Source: Trichosphaerium sp. ATCC 40318 (Eukaryota; Protista; Tubulinea). From it: a stretch of DNA of 64,000 nt. Below are positions 50,781 to 60,126 of this stretch, piece after piece; the first letter of the stretch is position 1, and each line of letters starts with the position of its first letter. The position numbers and the translations under genes are program-made. The stretch covers positions 261,926 through 325,925 of the forward strand of contig JALMLS010000377.1 of assembly GCA_038496445.1 (NCBI GenBank). Direction: 5' to 3'. Below the pieces are notes generated by a model. That model ran no database searches, had not been told where the DNA came from, and worked only from the letters and a program-made list of their open reading frames with translations.

Positions 50781-53406
50781 ATGCTCCGCCGTGTGGTCCA
50801 CCGTCGCCGGCAAGGCCATAGCCGGCGAAATTACGACAGGAGGCGACGTAACACTCAACAACAAAGAAGAAGTATGCAAACCACTATGCGAAAGACTCAA
50901 AGACGCCGCTCATGTACTTCGTAGAATATGCTTGCTGTCACATACTAACTCAAACAAAATTATAGTTTGGACTGGAGTGATAGTAGGTACATCACTAATC
51001 GGTTTATACTATTATCAAACCAGACGTCGAGAAATTCCTTTGGCTATAAAAGAGGAGGATACCACCGTACTGGAAGATCTAGAAAACGGCCAGCGTACGA
51101 ACCATCCAATTTAGAGATTAAAAAAAAAAACCCCACTGTAAATTCACTATTTTCCTTCTTTTCATTGTTTTTTTTTTTTTTTTTACAGTTGAAATTGCGC
51201 TCATTCCAGTTTTTTTTTAGTCACCGAGCAGGTCAAATATATGCTTGAAGACCTAAGTGAGTGTTCCAAAGACACAATGAAAAGAGATGTCGTAAAAGTT
51301 GCAAAGAAATATGGTGTAGATAAAAGTACGTCCGGCGCCTTTAAACTAGGCGACGCAGCCACATCATAAAAATGTGTGACGTGGTTAACTAATGTCAAAT
51401 TAGACAACCTGTGGCAATTTGTAACAGCTGTAAAAACTGTGGCATCTCATTTACTCCCAAAACCCACTTTACCTTCAACACGCTCAGATTTAACGGTAAA
51501 CCACCCCCCAAGTTTCGTTCAATCACGTGCTAACCTATAAAAAAATTAGGCAGCAAAAGCTCTCGTTGTTAGCGCTATTGTGATTGCAGAGAACCTATGT
51601 GATGTGTCAGGAGCTAAAGCAACTCTACAATTACTGTCACTTGAATTTTTATTACAAAGAGTTGCAAAGCTTTTATCAGAACCAGAAGTTGAAAAATACG
51701 CACTAGCACCAGTGTTGGGTAAATTGAAGGAAGTTTTCGATCATCCTGCATACTACGACCTCGATGAGCCAAGAACTAGGGCGCTCCTACTTGGATGTAC
51801 GTAACAATTACTGCTGAAAATTGAAGGAAAAAAAAAAAACCTGTTGTTTCTTTTTATATACTGTAAATTTATTGCATCTCTTTCACCGAGCCTGATTTGT
51901 TCCGTTTTTTTTTTTTGTAGGCGTTGAACAATTATTGCCATCCTTGAACAACCCACTCGAAGAGAAGAATCTATTGAAGAAGGCCATTATGGTAACAAAT
52001 GCCGATATTAGTCAGGGCAAAAAACGAAGAAAGACAGAAAAAGTCGTTAAATTAAAGAAGGAAAGCGAAAAAACAACCTTGCGCACTGTGATTGAGAACC
52101 TCAACACGTACTTGCCATTCATAGAAATAGTGATAGACGACAATAAGGAAAAAGAAGGAACAGAGGAAAGACTAAAAACAGAAAAAGAATTAAAATCAGT
52201 TGCTGAGAATGTTCAAACCATGCGTACATCTTTAATGAGACACCTCCTAGACCTATTTTCCAAACGAAAGGAGGGCAAAGAGGCACTAGAATTCTTTAAA
52301 CGTACGTGTACATGCAACAGAAAACATTTTGGTAAAGGAGCTATCATTTTAATTTCTACTTCTTATCTTAGATGTTGAAAATGAGACACGTGTACCAAGG
52401 ATAATCTTATTCGAGGCATGGCTCATTAACATGCGGATTGCACATTCTGAAAGGGACTGGGATGCTATCAATGAACAAGCATTACACGCTTTCGATTTGG
52501 TTAACGTTATCGAGTCAGAAGGTCCAAAGCCAAACTCAATAACTGTTGCAAAAACTTTTTCACAAAACCGGTAAGTGAACCACGATGAACTTTTACAATT
52601 CTTATCCACTAACTTGATTTTTTTTTTTCTTTCAGACACGATCCTCTCACACTCGTACCAGAATTACTTGACACGCTTTTGCGATTGGGAAAATATCAAC
52701 AAGCTATTGCTGTAGGAGAAGAGCTATTAAAAATGAATTTCGCACGTCTTACAGACGTTGCTGTTCTATCTGCTCTTGGTGAAGATAATACGATATCTCA
52801 TGTCGAATCTAGTATCTTACACGCTGAGACGCACTCCAAGATTGCTTATTGTTACTACCTCTCTGGAGCACGTGAGCAAGCCTTGGAAAACTGTCAGGAT
52901 GCAATAGATGCACTAGATGCATTGGACGAGAGCAAGTGCGTAAAACCTCGGTAATCACTACAAAAAAAAAAAATTTACTCAGAGAGCCTTGTAACAACTT
53001 TTATGGCGAATTTATGCCTTCACGTGTGGTGTTGGTAACACTAATTTTTTTATTTTGTACTTAGATATCGATCATTGCAAGCAGATCTCGTTATGCTCGT
53101 TGATAACCTTTCATCAAAAAACTATCATGCTGCAACTCAGAGACTACAAAACATCATTTCCATTCCAGAAATGGAGCCTAGAGCTGTTGTACGTTTTTGC
53201 CCATTGCCAAATTAACTATATTGTAAATAAATACGACTAATGGATGTACTTTAATAGGAGCTTGCAAAGTCAGCACTGAAGCTTGTAGCTATGGCTAAAC
53301 TCGCTGATAAAAAAGGAGACACAGGAAAAAACCCACAAGTTTACAAACACATCGTTCCTGAAGTTGTAAACCAGCTACCTCGCTTCACAGTACGCCATCA
53401 AATCCC

Positions 53407-53437
<31 letters not shown>

Positions 53438-53833
53438 TTCGTTTTGCAATAAAGAAGATTTGTTGTTATGCAACTAATTTCTAAACGCTATTTAGTTCGA
53501 GGAAGGTATTATATATGGTGACATCGCTAATTCATCGTCTGATCGCCAAACAACGCTTGGAGGTAAGTCAAACAACAAATAAGGAATAAACCAATAAAAC
53601 CACTCTGACGTCTTTTTTTTTTTTTAATAGTGCTTTGGGCGCTTTTGCATTCTGATCAAGAAAGACAGCTATCACCTCATGAGTACAGAATACTTCAACA
53701 CCGTATCATGCAATCTGTAGAGAACAACAAGGACGGTATGGAATGGCTAGAGACGTATATAAAACCGTTGATTCCAAGTGAATTTAATCAAGACTTTGAA
53801 GAGGAGCTCTCGTTAAAGAAAATGACCGCATAG
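50781..53833 (+). CDS. Helical-repeat (TPR-like) membrane protein, possibly mitochondrial
   Basis: Arg-rich N-terminus, TM WTGVIVGTSLIGLYYY, and TPR-like LGKYQQAIAVGEE and AETHSKIAYCYYLSG. Many short introns. Confidence 0.6.
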
Positions 53834-56800
53834 AGCGTACGAGCTCATTTTTTCTTGATCGTGACAGGCTGTATAAATTTTTTTCGACTTTGTTAATAAA
53901 CCTGCCTGTTCTAAGCATAGAATGCGCATTTTTGTCTGTGACCACCAGTTTTGTGGTAATTACAAGCGTTATGAAATATCACTTGTCAGCAAAGCGTTAG
54001 CGACTAAAGTACGTTTTTGTTGGATTGTATACCATAGAATGGGCGGGACAGTTTATTTTTTTTTAATTGGGCGGGGCGCTTGCGGGAGATAGTCAATGCA
54101 AATTCGTCGGCGACAGAAAAGGCGAAACAGCGATACCAAAGGGAACAACGGAGGTAAAAAGCAACTACAGAGACTGAAATAAGAGAAAATAAAGCGATTT
54201 TGATGAGCTCGAAAGTTTTGTTTTTTTTTTTGATCAAAAATATCCACAAAAAAAGAAACCGTACAGACGCTACAAACTGAGAAAGGGCGCACCAAAGGGG
54301 TTAAAAAACCCAACCGCGAGTGGTTTATGACAAAAAAAGGGTGGTACAAAGCGCGCGGGCGGGTAGAACGCGGCAAACAAACCTTCGAAAAGTTTTTTTT
54401 TTACCCACTGTGGATATTTGTACCGGCTTTGAAGTGAGTAATAACGGTGTTGAACCAAGCCAGGACCACGAAAACTCGATATTTTCGGGAAAGGGAGCCA
54501 GTCTTTCAACCGTGTAGCCTAATGGAGGCGTAAATGGAGAAAAGACTATGAGGCATAAACCAAAATCAGATTCCCCCAAAAACGCTAGGCGATTTACCTG
54601 CGCGGAAGGACAAGGAAAAATTTTGAGTGAAATGCGCCTGCAGAAATCGCATCTCTTTCCCTTGGCATAATCGAGAAAACAAAAAAGAATCGGTCGAACG
54701 CATAAAAAAGTGCATTTGAAGAAAATGCAGCAAAACGCGACGTCCGAAAGCCCTTTTGTTGTACCCGATGAACGAGCCCACAGGGAGTGCACGGTGACCA
54801 TGGGTTCCGCCCATCGTGCAGCACATTTACGGTGACTGACTATCACGCCTGAGCAACACTCCCAAAATACAGGAGTGCGCTCAAGTGTGACGGTTAAGCA
54901 CGAGGACCTAGGATGCTGTCGTCTTCTACCATATAAGCCCCCTATGAAACATGCGTACAAACATAGCAACATAGCAACATAGGCATTGGTAATCGACTTG
55001 TGGCTCCAACACAACCTTTCGTCTGAGGTGATGACAATGTGTGTTCTGTAACTACAGAACACTGTTTATCAAGGCATAACGAAAAGGGTAGTCTGTATTC
55101 TTCTATCGCAAGAAAAGACACTTTTGGACCAAACACGTGGTTCTATTGAGTTTTTGAGCGTTTTTGAGCACATGACTGTAAGTCCTCTTTGCTATGCGAT
55201 CCCTCTTACTTCCTACTGGAAAGTAGACATGAGCATTTTAGTTGCGCTTACGCACACACACACAAAAACCACGAGTATGGCTACTCTAGCTTTCTTATGT
55301 GATAGAAAAGGCCGAGTTAAGCTCGTCTCTTAGTATATCCATCGATGACGATGCCAGTTGGTTGTTGTTGTGTGTGGTAATTGCAGCTTTAATACTTGTC
55401 CACTCCCAGAATGAAGAGTTCTCTTCTATCATTATAACGCACGTTTTAGTACGGAGCGTAGAAATGTTAATCGAGTTCTTGGGTTACGAGACTGTACTCT
55501 CAAAGATACAGCAACACAACCACTTCAATAGTGTGTGATGTTAGTGACACAAAATACTCTCAAGTACTTTGTATCATTAGAACGCAGACATTGTTACAAT
55601 ACAATATTGTCCTGAGTGGATCAATGTTTATTGTACAACGTGGACACCTGTACTCCTCCTTCATCTTATCTCTGTCATATGAAACGACAGATTGATAAAG
55701 AGATGTCGATCGAGTCATTGTCAATTAGACATGTTGAAAATTGAGCTTGTAGCCCTGAGTGGGCAAACAGTTCAATACAACATGAGTTGAAGCCCTGAGT
55801 GGGCAACAACTACTTGTGTACAAAACCACATGTTCTCTTCTAGCATTAGAACACTCGTTTGGAGTGTAGAAATGCTAATCGAGTCATGGTCAGCCGAAAC
55901 TTGGCTCCCTCTTCTAGCATTAGAACACTTTATCACAATGTGTAGAAATGCTAATCGAGTAGCAAGATTTGGCAAATTCACGGTTCCTAGTATGTGCAAG
56001 TCACATCACCAAGAGCACGTGAATAAAAGTTGAAGCCCTTAGTGGGCAACAACTACCAATATAAACACATGTTCTCTTCTAACATTATAACACCTCCAAA
56101 AAAGGTGTAGAAATGCTAATCGAGTCCAGAGTTATACAGCTCTAAGTATGTGCAAAGTCACATGCTTAGGTTGAGAGAAAGGAATCAAAGTGTTCCAGAT
56201 ATTTCAACAGAAGCTGTAACAACATATCCAAAACACCCAATGGAAAGATAAAGTATCAAGTACTTGGGTAATAATAGATGTGAGCCTGAAGCAGAAATGT
56301 GAAAGGCAAACTTGACGGAAAGGCACACAAGCCAAGTACATCAATAAAAGCAAGTGTAGCAAATTGCTACAACTTGAAGGCTTAACAAGGAAAGGCACAG
56401 TTCAAGTACTTGAATAAGTAAAGAAAAACCAAAAAAAAAAAAAAAAAAAAAAAAAAAGAGTGTATGAAAAATGATGCAGTTGCAAGCTATTACCGACGAT
56501 GCCTCAAGGGCTACTCAGTAAAAAAAATAGGCATGACTCATCAAGAAAAGTAGTCCTTTAAAAAGACACAACCCTATGCTGTTGTGGCAATGTGCTCTAT
56601 GAGCATCTCTTGCCATAAAAACCATAACCAAGACACATCAGCTTCTTCTCCAACAAGAAAGGCTGGTGTTGTCCGGCACCAGGTATTTGTGATGTTCATC
56701 AAAAAGACCTTCGTCTATATATCCTCCTTGAAAGAGAATAGGAATAAAGATTGAATGGTTTCTTATGAAGTTCATTCTTCAAAAAACCACCTAAAAACCT

Positions 56801-56870
56801 CAACCACCTTTGGTCTGATGAGAATTTATTTTAAATGCAGCTATCTGCTTTAAAACTCTGATGCAAAAGG
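53834..56870 (+). other. rDNA upstream spacer (NTS / 5' ETS)
   Basis: Non-coding stretch between the last gene and the 18S start, with A-tracts and internal repeats. The Pol I start site could not be identified. Confidence 0.7.
55419..56170 (+). repeat. Modular imperfect hairpin repeats in the rDNA spacer
   Basis: CTCTTCTAGCATTAGAACAC-n-GTGTAGAAATGCTAATCGAGT consensus at 55419, 55833, 55909 and 56072. GCCCT(G/T)AGTGGGC at about 55752, 55792 and 56035. ATGTGCAA(A)GTCACAT twice. Confidence 0.9.
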
Positions 56871-59521
56871 TACCTGGTTGAGCCTGCCAGGAGTGATAAG
56901 CTTTCTCGAAGGATTAAGCCATGCAAGCTCAGCAAAGAGGTATCCTCGGAGCCGCAAACGGCTCCTTAAAACGGTCGTAACCCACCCGACAAGACTAATA
57001 ATGGTCACGTCATTTTGCACACAGGAACTTGTTTCCTAAACGCACTATAACCAAAACTCGTGGCCTCCCCCGCGGATAACCGGGATTAAAGGAAACCTGC
57101 GGCTAATACGTAATGCGCCTAGCGCTGCCGATGGGCCCCTCTGCTGCAAGGACCCATCGGTCGCATCCAACGCTCAGGAGCGGACGATCACCCGATCCCA
57201 TCTTGGTTCGCCAAGGGAAGCAGCCTCCCCTTAGGAAGCGGCGTCCGTACTCCGTCGGGAAGAGCGGCGTTGGGGCATGCGATGGAGTTATGAGGAGTTC
57301 TCTCTGACTAGACATGTTTCTAAAAAAAAAAGTTGAAGTTTACATAAGTGAAACTAGGTGAAAGAAAAATGAACATTGTTCAAATCTCGATCCTTCGCTG
57401 AATGTGCTTCTTCATAAAGATCATATCGATATAAAGTTGAGAGTTCTCCCCCTCCACGAGTCGGAAGGGCGGCCGACCTATCAGCCAGGCGGTAGGGTAA
57501 CGGCCTACCGCGGCAGTGACGGGTAACGGGGAACTAGGGTTCGGTTCCCGGAGAAGGGGCATTAGATACGGCCCCTGTACTTACGGGTAACAGCAGGCGC
57601 GTAACTTGGCCATTGATTGCAAATCGAGCCAGCGACTGAGTGTAACGAGGCCGGCATTTAAACCGGTCGTCGCAATGAGGGGCAACTGAATGTCGCCCTG
57701 AGAAACTATTGGAGGACAAGTTGGGTGCCAGCACCCGCGGTAACACCCACTCCGAAAGCTTATACTTTTGCTGTTGCTGTTAAAGCGCTCGCAGTCCAAA
57801 CAACGACACAGCTGAGAGGGACAAGGTTTAGATATAAGAATTTATTCTTTTGAACAAACCCCCCGACTCTTTTTCATCGCCCGACCAGGCATAAATGGCT
57901 TCGCTCAAACGCAAGGTCAGTTTAGGCTTCGGCCGCTATGCCACCCACCAGCATCCTGGAATTGGGCTTTAAAAAAACAAAAAACAACACTTTACCAAGT
58001 GCGACGCTCAAGTCTCATTTTAACTAAGTATGAACAATATCCTGATATGCAAGTCTGAGTGAAAACTCATGTTCTTCATTAAGGGAATAAAAACATTGTG
58101 AATTACAAAAAGTACTTTGAGGAAAAACTTGAGTTAGTCTTCACACTAATAAAGAACACACGATTACTAGGTGCGTACGGGGTAGAGAGTGTGGTATCAG
58201 CGAGGAGTGAAATCTTTTGACCTGATCCAAACTACCCGAAGCGAAGGCGCTCTGCAAGGGCGTGGCCGGTGATCTAGAACGATGGTGGAGGGAGCGAAGC
58301 GGATTAGAGACCCGTGTAGTCTCCACAGTAAACGATGCCGACTGAATGGGCGCCGGGCAAACCAAGGCTCGGGGCCCGTTCCCACGGGAAACCGAAGTAA
58401 TCGGGCCCAGGGGGGAAGTATGGTCGCAAGGCTGAAACTTAAAGGCATTGACGGAGCAACACCACCAGGCTCTGGAGGCTGCGGCTCAATTTGACTCAAC
58501 GCGCGACAACTTACCGGGATCGGACGCTCTAAGGGGACGAACAGACTGAAGGGTCTTTTCCGAGTTAGCTAACGGTGGTGCATGGTCGTTTTAGGCTCGT
58601 GGACTTATCTGTCAGGTTTATTCCGATAACGGGCGAGATCGCTACTGTCACATTGATTCCCCCGCCTCGTGCGGGACCCCTGTGCAGGACTGACGGCGAA
58701 AAGTCGTAAGAAGCGGCGGCTATAACAGATCCGGGATGCCCCCAGATATTCCGGGCCGCACGCGGCCTACACTGCTTAGTTCAACGGGTTCCTGGGCCGA
58801 ACAGGCATCCGGGCAAGCCCTGAAACCGCCAGAACACTTCTTCACGACAGCGAGTTAAACCTCAGATTTTATTATCTAAATACGACTACACTTAAACGCA
58901 CCTTCGGAAACTACCACCTTCATAACAAAAGTCTGTCCTGAACCTAATATAAAGAGTTAACCCCCTCGTCGAGGCTTTTTAGGAAGTTAAATTCCTTTAA
59001 TGTTAAGATGAGAAGCGCTGTTAGATGAAAACTTACATCTTTGGACTTGTTCCTTAGTGTAAACATTGAAAGAGCTGTGGATCGTTTCAAATTAACAAAC
59101 AAGGTTTCTTCTTCACTTAAATGCTTTGACTTGGAAGATTATATCTTTACCAGGCAAACTTTATTATGAAGCAAGTTTCTGCAATGTTCATAAAAAATAC
59201 ATGAAAGCGCACCGTGTGGTCGATTTGGATGTTAAGTGTGCTCAATGCTGCTTCTTCGAAAAGACACATGCGTGCTTAGGGACTGGTTGCTGTAACTGTA
59301 GCCACGAACGCGGAATGCCTCGTACAGGTGTGTCATCAACGCACCTGGAATCTGTCCCTGTTGCTTGTACACACCGCCCGTCGCATCGACCGATGTGGGT
59401 GCGAGTGAGACCAGGGGGGACGACCGGCTTGCCGGTTATCGAACCTGCTCGAACTTGCGCTCATAAAGGATGATGAAGTCGTAACAAGGTTTCAGTAGGT
59501 GAACCTGCTGAAGGATCAATA
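56871..59521 (+). rRNA. 18S rRNA gene, highly divergent, about 2.65 kb with inserts
   Basis: TACCTGGTTGAGCCTGCCAG start, GATTAAGCCATGCA, GTGCCAGCACCCGCGGTAA, TTGTACACACCGCCCGTC and AAGTCGTAACAAGGT..GGTGAACCTGC..GGATCA end. Confidence 0.97.
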
Positions 59522-59757
59522 CTATTGGTATTAAACCCTTAGAAGCAATTAAACCAACTTTTAACCAAGTTTAAAAGAAAAAATTGGAGTATCAGCTCTG
59601 GTTTGGTAAATCTAATCTTACCTCGGTAAGTGAAGATGCAATCATCCTCTGCTGTGGTGATATCTTGCATATCTGCCAGCTCCACAACCGCCATTTTGGC
59701 AAACCAAAACACAGTCGTGGCACGACTATAAAGAACGTCAAGATTTTCGAAAGAAAC
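59522..59757 (+). other. ITS1
   Basis: AT-richer spacer between the 18S end and the 5.8S. Ends approximate. Confidence 0.75.
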
Positions 59758-59924
59758 CAAACCTTGTCGGTGAACGGTTAGGCACCTCCCCCGAAGAAGG
59801 CCATGGATCACTATGAAACCAGCCACCGGAATCGCTCTCATCTGAAGGTGGCATTGCCGAATGCCTCAGGCCGCGTTCTGTATTCTCACGAATCACAGGC
59901 AAAGGAGCGTGACTCAGCGACGCC
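59758..59924 (+). rRNA. 5.8S rRNA, very divergent
   Basis: Position in the unit. GGCACCTCCC pairs with LSU GGGAGGTGGCC (about 60451-60461), and the 3' GTGACTCAGCGACGC pairs with the LSU 5' GCGTCCTGAGTTAC. Confidence 0.8.
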
Positions 59925-60126
59925 AGCAAAACAAACACTAAATTTATTTGGTGCTGCGTATGGTGTACACACTTAATCTTCTAAAAAAAGAAAGTGGTTG
60001 CCACAACTAATTAATAAATTGCCGGAAGTGATGTTCCTCCAGAACTCATGCCTAGCTTACTTAAGCGAAGCTTTAGAGCGAAGGTTGGTTTACATACTGA
60101 ACTGAAAGCATTAAAAAAAACACAAC
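59925..60126 (+). other. ITS2
   Basis: AT-rich spacer enclosed by the 5.8S/28S proximal stem. Confidence 0.75.

Noticed and set aside
53407-53433. Long poly(A) as a retroelement tail (also 56432-56457)
   Set aside because: No target-site duplication or element body. A/T runs are common in introns here and their lengths may be sequencing artefacts.
1-53833. Stop-codon reassignment explaining the short ORFs
   Set aside because: Interruptions in conserved genes resolve as GT/GC-AG introns, and TAA, TAG and TGA all end genes.
54720-54870. 5S rRNA in the spacer
   Set aside because: The loop C and loop E motifs and the 5S helix pattern could not be fitted.
54325-55062. 245-aa minus-strand ORF
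   Set aside because: Phe/Cys/Arg-rich translation of T-tracts with no motif, located in the rDNA spacer.
55419-56125. CRISPR-like repeat-spacer array
   Set aside because: The variable parts are short self-complementary loops, spacing is irregular, there are no cas genes, and the context is eukaryotic rDNA.
58830-59269. Group I or spliceosomal intron in the 18S
   Set aside because: No P/Q/R/S core, no U-before/G-end boundaries and no GT-AG ends were recognised, and it lies in a variable region.
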